NCBI GenBank assembly: GCA_964016885.1
Contig: OZ024742.1
Coordinates: forward strand, 27,590,001 to 27,654,000
Reading direction: 5' to 3'
From: Eledone cirrhosa
Taxonomy: Eukaryota
DNA length: 64,000 bases
Part shown: piece by piece, positions 53,198 to 64,000 of the stretch
Numbering within the stretch: the stretch's first letter is position 1
How the letters are laid out: each line of letters opens with the position of its first letter
Made by a program: the position numbers and the translations under genes
Notes under the pieces: model-generated
What the model saw: only the letters and a program-made list of their open reading frames with translations
What the model was told of the DNA's origin: nothing
The model's database searches: none

Positions 53198-54377
53198 GCG
53201 TTAGTGAGGCTATTAAACCCATAGTTGGGGTGGATTGAGGAGTTGTTACAAATTTTAACAACTTTTGTTTCTTGAGCTGCTGGAGTTCCAGTTACCCTCC
53301 TCACCAGACCAGGTTCTTGTATGGAGCCAGTTTAGTTGCCAACCCCTTGACTATCCTATATAGCATATTTCCACTGTACACATATTGTTCATATTATTTT
53401 GCATATATTTTGTCAACCACATATCTTCTTTTTCACTTTTTGTTTGCTATGTTTAAAGTATTTGCTCCTCTGTCTTTTGTGTCATCCTGACTTGTGTATA
53501 CGTCATCATCTTCATCTCCATTTAACATCTATTTTCTATGCTTGCAACAGTTAGACAGGTTGAAAAGTTATGATACTAGTCAGGCCATGTCTTGCTCATA
53601 CAGATCTGTTTGGGGCTTGGTTTCTATGGTAGATGCTTTCCCACCGTGGTTCTAGCATAACCACCTAACATGTTGGACTGGGTGCTCTTTTTTTTTGTTG
53701 TGACATCAGTAAAACCATCTTACAGGGAATTGGGTGCTTTTGTTGCTGTGGCAGATAGATAGATAAATTGATGGAGAGATACATAAATATAGATAGATAG
53801 ATCAATAGATAGATAGATAGATGGATGGATAGATACAGCTAGATAGCTAGCTCAATCGATAGATACAATGGTCTTCTGTATAGCTTCCATTTACCAAATT
53901 CCCTCACAAGACATTGGTAAGCTCAAGGTTCTAGTAGAAAAATAACTGAAAATGTTTTTCTACATCTCTATTTAAACATCATATATGTATGCATTATTAT
54001 GGCAGTATTGGTAGAGTGTTGGCCAACATGCTTCGTGGCATAGAGTTATAGTGCTTTACATTCTGAGTTCAAATCCCACCGATGTTAGCTTTGCCTCACA
54101 TCCTTACAAGGTTGATAAAATAAAGTACCAGTACAGCACTGGGGTTGATTTAATCGACTTTCCTCTCCCCTTCAAATTGCTGGCCTAGAAAAGGGAAAGT
54201 TGATTAAATAGATCCTAGTGAATACTTTATTTTATCAACCCTGTGATGATGAAAAGCATAGCTAACCTCCACTGGATTTGAACTCAGTAAGAGGCAGAAT
54301 AGTTACTACTTAGCATTTGTCCATTGCTCTAACAACTCTGCCAAGCAATCTCCCTCAGCAATCAAATAGAATAATGA

Positions 54378-54552
54378 TAATTGTTTCTACTTTTGGCACA
54401 AGGCCAGCAATTACCCAGTACATTACTGGTACTTTATTTTATCGACCCCGTAAGGATGAAAGGCAAAGTTAACCTCGACGGTATTTGAACTCAGAATGGC
54501 AAGGGCCGTCAAAGCATGGTGCCCGACCCTCTACCGATACTGCCAATCCACA
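54378..54552 (-). mobile_element. Meta-like SINE
   Basis: Reverse complement of 28118-28308; opposite-orientation copy at ~54000-54185. Confidence 0.8.
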
Positions 54553-56254
54553 ATGATAATGACAGTTAAGGTTTTGAGAAGATTACACAATGCCTTTAAT
54601 TACCATAACACATACCCACTGCTACATTTTATATATTTTAGTCTCTCAGTTTAAATTTAAATCTGAGCACAAAATTCTTTTCTTTGTTCCAACTAGTCAA
54701 ACATTTTGAATATCAATTGGTTTGTTTTTAAGTAGGCACTGACATATTCAAACTTATGACAGATTGGCTTTTAAGGTAAGCCCTGAACATTTTAAACCCA
54801 TATATTTTAAGCTCCTGTGTTTTAAGCTCTTATATTTTAAGCTTGTGTGTTTTAAGTTTTAAGTAAAGCACTGCCAACATTTCCAAGTTCTGAAGACTTA
54901 GATATTTTATGGTCCTATATTCTATATATTTTAAGCTAAACAATTTAAGTTTTGCCTGGCTCTCCCCACTCATACAATCGTCTCTGGGATAAAATAGTTT
55001 GATACCTGTCTTTCATATTTCTGGGATTGATAAACTAAAGTAGGTGGTGATCGGGGTGTTATTAGTGTCAGCTAAAATACCTTGCACTCAATGTTCTGAC
55101 TCTCAGCACTGAATTCAAATCCTGTTCAAGTAAACTTTGCTTCTCATCATAAATAAAGTAGCAATTAAGTACTGAAATCGTTTCTTTTCTCCCTTTTTTA
55201 GTCTATCAGTCTGTCTATCAAATCATTCCCTGTGAGTGAAATTGGGTAAACAGAAACTGCTGGGAAGCCCATTGGATGGAATGTACTTCCAACACAAAAA
55301 GCAAGTCTTATCACACAGGTGTCTGTAGAATACATTAAGGGCACATGTGTCTGTGGAATACTCAGCCATTTACACAATTTCATGAGCAGGCTATTACATT
55401 GTGCAAGTAATTGGAACACTCATTATCAAAATATATTGAAGTTAAACCTCTCTTGGATGTTATTACCATTGTTACTAATGCAATCTGTCATTAGCTTTAT
55501 TAGATTCTAAATTTATTAAGCAGACTATTAAAAGTATATTTACATATCCTCTGCAGTTAAGTATATGTTAATCTCCCACAGTTTAGATGAAGAAAACAAA
55601 AGCTTGGTTGACCAAAGAATACCTGACATAGAAGAGTTGAAACTGAGCTGAGAGAATTACATCTTACATAGGTCAAAACACACACAGTTGCTAAAGATCA
55701 CTCTAAATGGCAATGAAATGTCAAAGTCATATTTCCCAAAGAGGTAAAAGAGGATTAATAATAATAGTTTTCTAATTTAGAAACAAGAACAATAATAATA
55801 AAAATAATAATAATAATATATGTATATAAACAGTGATGATGAGGATAATATATATATATATATATATATATATTTAAATTTGTTATGTTAATATTAATTA
55901 AATTATTCCTTTTTGAATGTTAATTTTAACATTTTGATTTTAATGATTTTTAAAAATAAGCAAGTACGAAAAACAAGAAAGGATGTTGTCCGATGCTCCA
56001 CCACTATGATAATGGCTTCTGATTTAGGCACAAGGTCAACAATTTTGAGGGAAGGGGAAAGTTGATTAAATCGACCCCAGTGTGTTACTGGTGCTTTATT
56101 TTACCAACCCCGTAAAGATGAAAGACAAAACTAACCTCCACACTTTTTCAGTTCAGAATGTAAATAGCCTTAATTCTATGCCACAAAGCATGTTGTCTCA
56201 CATTCTACCAATGCTGCCAATAATAATAACAATATTATAGTTCTTGAGGTAATT

Positions 56255-56450
56255 CCTCCAGTCTATTTGCCACAATGTATGTCAGCGCATCAATAGTGAT
56301 GGCACCCCGAGGCCACCATGGAAAGGATGTTGGTAGCAGATGGATTTTCTGACCATTATGACTTGCCCCTTCCATAAAAAGTGAAAGAGCATGCGTCCCA
56401 ATTTGGCAAGGTATTTGGAGGGCGTATTACACTGGTCAGGTGGTAATATA
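56255..56450 (-). pseudogene. L1/Tx1-clade ORF2 relic
   Basis: Minus strand PSKYLAKLGRMLFHFLWKGQVIMVRKSICYQHPFHGGLGVPSLLMR* matches the F.FLW....GGLG.P motif after the RT of L1/Tx1. Confidence 0.7.
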
Positions 56451-56694
56451 GCCCCATGGGAATTTCTAAGTTATTAGCAATAATAATTCTTTCTAACATT
56501 GGCACAAGGCCAACAACTTTGGGGGAAGAGGATGTTGATTAGATCCAAGTTCGTGACTGGTATTTTATTTTATCCACATCTTCAGAAGGATGAAACCCAA
56601 TGTTGACTTCAGTGAGATTTGAAGCCAAAATATATAACGAAATAATGCAATGTATTTCATCTGATATGCTAACAATTCTGCCTATCCACCACTC

Positions 56695-56730
<36 letters not shown>

Positions 56731-57433
56731 TAATAACGAAAATAATGTTTTCTACTATAGGCACAAGGGGTAACAATTTGGGGAAAGAGGAAAGATGATT
56801 AAATCGACTCCAGTGCAATACTGGTGCTTTATTTCATCAACTCTGTAAGGATGAAAAACAAAGCTAACCTCGGTAGGATTTAAACTCAGACCTTAAAGGG
56901 CCGTGACTCTATACCGCAAAGCATGGTGTCCGACACTCTACCAATCTACTTCCCTAATAATAATAATTATAATGTATTACCTTGTTTACAATATACATCA
57001 CTTTTTACTTCCATACCATAAACGTTTATCTTAAAATGTCTTCAGTTAGTTTATGGAAAAAATATACCTGAACAGTCGTATCGCCCTCAAAGAAAGTACT
57101 GGATAAGGTGTTATCTGTCTTAGATAGTTAAGCTTTTATTCATTTTATTCTTTTCTCCTTCTAAATTTCCTTTCTAAATTTAGTTGTTAAGTGGAAATAG
57201 CATGAAAATCTGAGCAGCTACAAATGATTTATTGGCTGAAAAGCAGCAAAGAATATAAATATTTCTTTAAGAAATTGTTTACAGTGTTTTGTTCTAACGT
57301 TGAGATTAATCATGCCAAGAAACCAGGGTGAGTTAATGGAGTTTTTTTTTCTTTTTTTTTTTCTTTGCAGTTGTGAACAAGGATTGTGGGAGGACGGAGT
57401 AACAAAAAAAAAAAAAAAAATGAAACTACTCAC

Positions 57434-57457
57434 CACGTTTTACATTTGAGCTCCCAG
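57434..57457 (-). CDS. Candidate 24-nt micro-exon of an unidentified host gene
   Basis: Minus strand ttttgtttttctctattcttcag|CTGGGAGCTCAAATGTAAAACGTG|gtgagt; strong acceptor, consensus donor, two open frames. Confidence 0.4.
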
Positions 57458-57550
57458 CTGAAGAATAGAGAAAAACAAAAAATTTGATGTCTAGTTTTCT
57501 GGTTTGCTTAAAACTTATTGAAAACATATAGAAAGTACAAGGCATTATTT

Positions 57551-57595
<45 letters not shown>

Positions 57596-57619
57596 AATAT
57601 CTAAGTCTAAAGACTGTCT

Positions 57620-57884
57620 TAAGCCAGAAGGCTCATTTGGCCGGTGCTTATCCCGGTTTCATGGCATGAAGCGACTGAGAGTACAAGACTCCCCCGCTGG
57701 ACAGGACGCCAATCCATCGCAGGGTTAAGCCTCCAGCTATTGCTGGTACTCATTTTCAGCTGAGTATACTGGAGCAATGTGAAATGAAGTGTTTTGCTCA
57801 AGAACACAGCACGCAACCCAGGAATCGAACCCACAACATTATGATCATAAGACCAACACCCTTACCACTAGGCTACGTGCTTCC
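57620..57884 (-). mobile_element. tRNA-derived SINE with CORE-like block and a distinct 3' domain
   Basis: B-box gggttcgattcc, core ttcttgagcaaaacactt, then ccctgcgatggattggcgtcctgtccag..gaaaccgggataagc. Confidence 0.75.
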
Positions 57885-57929
57885 ATTATATATATATATA
57901 TATATAAATGCATATACATATCATATCAT

Positions 57930-57969
<40 letters not shown>

Positions 57970-58204
57970 ATACAATAACAGAGAGAGTTTAAAGCTAAAC
58001 TCTGACTGGTAACCATCTCACTCAACACACATATAAATATAAAAACATTTAGATATCATATATATATATATATACATATAAATATCATATATACATATAT
58101 ACACGCATACACACATATACACACACACACACATACACACACATATATATATATATATACTAGCGTGGAAAATGGACGTTAAACGATGATGATGATGATA
58201 TATC

Positions 58205-58228
58205 CTAAACGGACGGTAGTCCGTTTAG
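58205..58228. other. Perfect 10-bp stem, 4-nt loop hairpin at the edge of a CpG-rich insert
   Basis: ctaaacggac-ggta-gtccgtttag. Confidence 0.8.
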
Positions 58229-58474
58229 TAATATTGTTGTGGTCGTGTTTTCGTTGGCAATCGTCTGTTTACGACAGTACAGCGCGGCTCTACTTTATTT
58301 AACTGAGATAAAACTTATATGAGCATGAACAGTAGATCATTACGCATCTTTTGGCTTAAAAATCTAGAAATTTGGTCCAGCGGGAAAAAGTTTATAATCA
58401 AAGTTTGCTGATAAATCTTGTGTTCAAGTGAGTGAGTAGTAAGCGTGACGCTAGGGGAGGTAATCCAGAAATGA

Positions 58475-58660
58475 CGACGTTTGGAAAAGTTTAATTACTG
58501 CATGAAAGAAATGATTAAAAAATTGAACTTGCCCAATCTTCACAACATTGAAAATTGGTCAAAATTTGACAAATCTGACTTCAAACCAGATATGATTCAT
58601 TTGAACAATGTTGGAAATCTTAAATTGACACAAATTTTTGCCAATGTTTTTGCCACCTGA
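58475..58660 (+). pseudogene. C-terminal fragment of an SGNH/GDSL hydrolase (not in ORF track)
   Basis: RRLEKFNYCMKEMIKKLNLPNLHNIENWSKFDKSDFKPDMIHLNNVGNLKLTQIFANVFAT*; block V DxxHLNxxG; AATAAA at 58698. Confidence 0.6.
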
Positions 58661-58829
58661 TCCTTGTTCTATGGCTGACTGACTAATTTTGTGACTTAAT
58701 AAAATGTCATCATACTATGGTCATTTTTAAATTTAAATTTTATTAAATAGTTGTTGCTTGCATTGCCTTAAAATAGTAACAAGAATGTACACAAACTTTT
58801 TAAAAATACATCATTATCAGTCAAATCAG

Positions 58830-59189
58830 TCAAATGTCACTAAAAGCCAGGTGGTCGATAACAACTTCTATAAGATTAGTTACATGCTCACACATTGGAT
58901 CACCTCTCATCAATGGCATTGGGTGTCTGAGATAATCGTGGAGATAACTGATGAAGTCACAAATGAAGTGATGGTCTTCCAGTGTGAACAACTCCCTATA
59001 TCCATTGATATATGTGATGGCTTCCGGTTCATAGGTGCATTTTATGAGGAATTCCATGCATCCGATTTTCAGTGATTCAATGGGCATTTTATCAGAGATG
59101 ATAAGGTATTTGACCACGTTTTCCTTTGTAAGTAAATTGGAGAGAATCACTGCAGTCAAAATCATTTCTTTGCATGGGTTTTTGTCCAT
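58830..59189 (-). CDS. 119-aa ORF with BACK/BPM-C-like helical segment (as C-terminal to BTB in SPOP-like proteins)
   Basis: LSNLLTKENVVKYLIISDKMPIESLKIGCMEFL resembles SPOP [33 protein letters not shown]; ttttaactttttag acceptor 1 nt before ATG; minus-strand AATAAA at 58739-58744. Confidence 0.55.
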   Translation of the reverse strand: MDKNPCKEMILTAVILSNLLTKENVVKYLIISDKMPIESLKIGCMEFLIKCTYEPEAITYINGYRELFTLEDHHFICDFISYLHDYLRHPMPLMRGDPMCEHVTNLIEVVIDHLAFSDI

Positions 59190-59462
59190 TCTAAAAAGTT
59201 AAAATGATAAAGTATTACTACTATATAACTTACATCTATTGTTGTAACACCATTGAAATGCACAAGTTTCACTAATTCACTATTATGCACTAATCATCTC
59301 AAATGCATTCATGATTTACTAGCTTTGTCATTAAGCCAGTTGCCTCAACTAGATTGCAATTATACTCAAAAGAACTTTAAAATGTCAATCACTTGTCAGT
59401 AATTCACTATGATCATTTAATTATTTGATAGTTGTTGCTTGCATTGCCTTAAAAAATAGTAG

Positions 59463-60559
59463 ACCAGATAGAAAAATGCGTACAGCAAAAAAAAGTAATA
59501 TTGTTGGAATATAAACCTTTGAAAATACAGGACAAGAAACTAAAATAAAACTTTAAAAGAATAGGACAAGAAACTAAGATAAAACTTTAAAAGAATAGGA
59601 CAAGAAACTAAGTTAAAACTTTAAAGAATTGGACAAGAAATAAAAAATGTTACAATAATATTAGTGGCAAAATTTTTTTATTCATTTCCTGTGCTATGCC
59701 CCAGTATCTTCTTGATTAGTGCATAATAATTGTCATGATCTCATTGTGCGTTGCCCCTGAGCGGTTGGTTCTGGTTGGGGTTGGTTGGCTGAGCAGTTCT
59801 GCTCCGTCAGAATGACCATTGCAAGAAGAATTGGCCGATGCAGCTGCAGGTCTCCTCCAAGAATGCACTTCTGGTCCCGCAACACCAGACGAAGATGAAG
59901 AAGACGACCGGGACAAGATGTCGACTCTGACCACCGACTACGGCACCTCCCTCAACCACCGGTCCTCCCTCCCTCTGTCCCGTCATCCCTCCAGTCCTCC
60001 TGCTCCCCCTTCCTGTACCAGAAAGCTGTGGCACGCATTCATCTGGACTGCCGGACTTGAACTCAAGGACAAGATGCAAGGAGAAGATGGACGGGTTGGT
60101 CAAGATCAAGGATGAGCGGGACGACAAGACCGTCCGCTGCTGCTGCTCAAGATCTGTGCTCATGGGCCCATGGGTCCATTCACATTATGCATGACACATG
60201 AGGCGTGTCGCCGAATGATGAAATAGGGGTATGGTTATGGCCCAATTGGTGTTCAAACCAGGATCAAATGATCCCCCGGTCTGACGACGACCTCTGAATG
60301 TGGAACCCAGAGCCTATGAATGTGGAACTCGATTTTTTACCAATAAAAATTTTGCCACTAATATTATTGTAACATTTTTTATTTCTTGTCCAATTCTTTA
60401 AAGTTTTATCTTAGTTTCTTGTCCTATTCTTTTAAAGTTTTATCTTAGTTTCTTGTCCTATTCTTTTAAAGTTTTATTTTAGTTTCTTGTCCTGTATTTT
60501 TAAAGGTTTATATTCCAACAATATTACTTTTTTTGCTGTACGCATTTTTCTATCTGGTA
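59463..60559. mobile_element. ~1.1-kb element with ~215-bp near-perfect inverted repeats and a GC-rich core
   Basis: 59463-59679 is the reverse complement of ~60343-60559; each arm holds ~4 copies of a 33-34-bp subrepeat. Confidence 0.8.
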
Positions 60560-61037
60560 TATATAAGCCACAAGCAGAATGAAAATAAATACAACTAAAA
60601 ATGAAACTTTTACATAGAAAATAGAAAAAAAAACAAAATTTGAAACCACACAATTTTTACGAGACAATAAAGACAAAATAGAAAACATATACAAAAAAAA
60701 AAATAAAAGCACCTCTCCCTACAAACAAACTTACACTGAAATAAAGAAGACAATTGGAAACATTTATGAAAAAAATAAGCCAAGTTAATAATTCAATTGT
60801 TTCATGAAATGACAAAATAGTGAAAAATAAGTTAAAAACAACAAAAAATAAACAACAAATAAAAAGAAAAGGAAAAAGTAAAAAAAAAATAAGAGAGATA
60901 TATAAATATAAATATTATGTCATGGTATTCAGAAATGAAGAAAATTAATAATAATAACAAAAAAAATAATAATAAAACAATAATGGTAATATAACAACAA
61001 TAATAATAATGACAATAATGAAAACAATAATAATAAT

Positions 61038-61220
61038 AATTGTTTATACTTCTGGCACAAGGCCAGCAATTACCAAGTGCATTACTGGTACTTTATTTTA
61101 TCTACCCCGTAAGGATGAAAGGCAAAGTTAACCTCAGCGGGATTTGAACTCAGACCGTAAAGGAATGTAACTATGCTGGAAAGCATGGCGTCCGACTCTC
61201 TATACCATGCTTTCCAGCAT
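61038..61220 (-). mobile_element. Meta-like SINE within an (AAT)n tract
   Basis: Reverse complement of 28118-28308. Confidence 0.8.
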
Positions 61221-62327
61221 AATAATAATAATAATAATAATATTTGTGGTAGTAGAAGTAGTAGTAGTAATAATAATAATAATGACAATATCGATGATAA
61301 ATGTAATTTTCAGGAAGAACAGTGACAATTCCTCAGTATTTTGTGAAACATATAAACTACTTCAGCAATCAAATTTGAAAGATTGTTAAAATTTAGTTAA
61401 TAAATATATAAAAAAATATCCAAAATATTAAATATATATGCATATGTATGTATCTATTTTATATGTACATATATATGTATGTGTTTTATATGAACATATG
61501 TATGTATCTATTTTATATGTACATATGTATATGTGTATTATATGTACATATGCTTGTATGCTTGTATATATGAACATATGTATGTATCTATTTTATATGT
61601 ACATATGTATGTGTGTATTATATATGTACATATATATGTGTGTGTATTGTATGTGTATATATGCTTGTATGTGTGTATTATATATGTACATGTGTATGTG
61701 TGTATTATGTATGTATATGTGTATATATATTTGTATGTATGTATGTACATTTGTATGTATATGTTTATTATATATGCACATATGTATGTCTGTCTGTCTG
61801 TATGCATGTATGCATATATAAATATGTATGTATTTATGCATGTATATTTTTCTGGCTTTATTATGTCAGTCTGTATGTATGTATGAATGTATAATTGTGT
61901 ATATGTGTATATAAACATGTATGTAGTTAACAAATGAATATAGAAAATGGAATATTTTGCAGCTATGATGAAATTAAAAGAAAGCCATCAAGTTTGAAAG
62001 ATGTTCTCTTAGTATTTAAAGAAAGATAATAGAATGAATATAAATCCTGTGTGTATACATATATACATAAATACATATATATATTCCTTCAAAATGGCTG
62101 ACTGAATATATATGGGATTTTTTTCAAAAACCTTTTTACTGTTCCTTCATTTTCTCACTCTATTTCATCTTTTAATTTTCATTCTATATTCTGATAAAGG
62201 ACTAGTGTCCAAAACGTTAAGACACTTTTCCTACTATATTAAGCGTTAAACTAATATATTTCTTCATTGTTCTGCATTGTATGCTTTGTTATTTCTGTTT
62301 ACCTTTTGCATACATATGCATACACAA

Positions 62328-62381
<54 letters not shown>

Positions 62382-62454
62382 GCTGATTGCTAGTTACCCA
62401 AGAAGAGGTAACTAGCCAAAACTGCCAAGCTCACAGTAGATCCTCTAATTCCAC

Positions 62455-62492
<38 letters not shown>

Positions 62493-63734
62493 GAAAAGAG
62501 GGTATGTTTAGGAATCCATACAATGCAAATGGGTTAGAATTACCCAGGTAACAAGTCAGAAAGTAAATGAGAGAGATGAGGTAGGAAGCAAAAAATGAAA
62601 AAAGAACAAAAACAAAGAAAGAAATGATTGAAAGTTGCCATAGCAATTTATTACTCCAAAAATGTTTTGAATTTACAATCTATTATCAAGGGATGGGGTC
62701 CATATGGCAGGGGGTGTAGAGAAATCAGAGATTGCCCTCCTGGTAGCTGTTTATTTGTAAAAATTAAAAACCTTGCTCAAGCATCATTATTCATATAGGC
62801 ATATTTATCTATCATAATCTGGGAATTGATTAAGAAAATTAGATAGTAATTATACTAATACTTGTATCATCAGAACACCTATGAAATATCTAAAGAAGCA
62901 ATGCCAATGAGAAAGTATACTTATATTGCAATAATAACATGATTTATGAAACCACACCTCTATCAATAACCATTAACAATAAACCCTAAGCTTTAAACAC
63001 CAAAAATATTATTATATTTCCCTAATAGAAAGTGAAAGAGAAACAGGTGAGAAAGGACATGATAAAGATTTTAAGATTAATGGATTATCAACTTGAAGAT
63101 ATATGTAGAAAGAAACACACTCACAACAAATTCTCTTTATCATGTTTCACTCGTTTTACTCTATCATAAGATTTGGTTTATCCTTACACAATAGGCATTC
63201 CAAAACTATACTGAATGTGTTAAAATATCTTCCTCGTGTCTATTCATAATCCTCTCATATACTTATTTCAACTTAATCTTACACTTGAGGTCCTGTACCA
63301 CATGAAAGCATGCTAGCAAAATATTTTTGAAAAATATAAAACAGCACTATAATTTCATCCCATCAAATATTAAAGTCTTTTCACTAAGGCTGAAAAAATT
63401 CACAAAATTGTCCAGAATTACTATAAATATTTAATTTAATAAACACGTTTTTAGATCTTTTTTGCTAAATCATAGTAGGTTAAGAGTTAATATACATACA
63501 TATACTAAAATATACATACACATGTATTGTGTGAACAATCCTAGTATTAAATCTAATTGATATTCATAGTCTAAACTATTGTGTATATCATGGTCAGTGC
63601 CATGCATAGTTGTTATTGGGAATCATATGAGATAATGGTTTAAAGTGGATAAAATACCAAGATTTCTTTTCTGTTTTTTTTTTTTTTGCGCCGTGGTGGT
63701 GGTGGTGGTGGTGGTGGTGGTGGTGGTGGTGGTG

Positions 63735-63765
<31 letters not shown>

Positions 63766-64000
63766 GACAAGACAGAAATTTGTTTTCCCTTGAATTTCAT
63801 CTCCTGTGTGCCATCCTCATGATTAAATCCATTTCCTATTTTGCAGAGTAAGATAGTGAAGTGCAATAGACACTTGCTGTAAACTATGATTTCTAACAAT
63901 TAGGAAATAGATTTAATCCCCAAATAAATCACTGGAGAGATAATAAAAAAAAGAGGAAAAAGAAATTTAAAATGTTCTGCCTCGAGTATGAAGGAACAAA

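Noticed and set aside
58436-58460. AGTAGT as a Maverick/Polinton terminus
   Set aside because: No matching opposite terminus, 6-bp target-site duplication or hallmark gene in the window.

Overview
AT-rich, microsatellite-saturated eukaryotic DNA. The SINE/LINE content and (TA)n/(CA)n/(GAT)n load are most consistent with a coleoid cephalopod, probably Octopus (inference). No complete host gene is visible, and almost all ORFs in the track are repeat artefacts. The window holds 5'-truncated RTE-clade LINEs (best copy 48445-49864, minus), relics of CRE-, R4- and Tx1-like non-LTR elements, many tRNA-derived SINEs (CORE-like and Meta-like), piggyBac/Tc1/hAT-like MITEs and several tandem arrays. Highlights: (1) a 58.2-60.6 kb foreign-looking cassette with a terminal hairpin, an unannotated SGNH-hydrolase C-terminus converging on a BACK-like ORF, and ~215-bp inverted repeats around a GC-rich coding-like core; (2) two back-to-back Penelope-type hammerhead ribozyme motifs forming a palindrome at 20.87-21.16 kb; (3) a 5.8-kb 48-bp satellite grown inside an RTE/SINE 3' tail; (4) a PHD-like zinc finger inside the RTE reverse transcriptase; (5) candidate minus-strand micro-exons.
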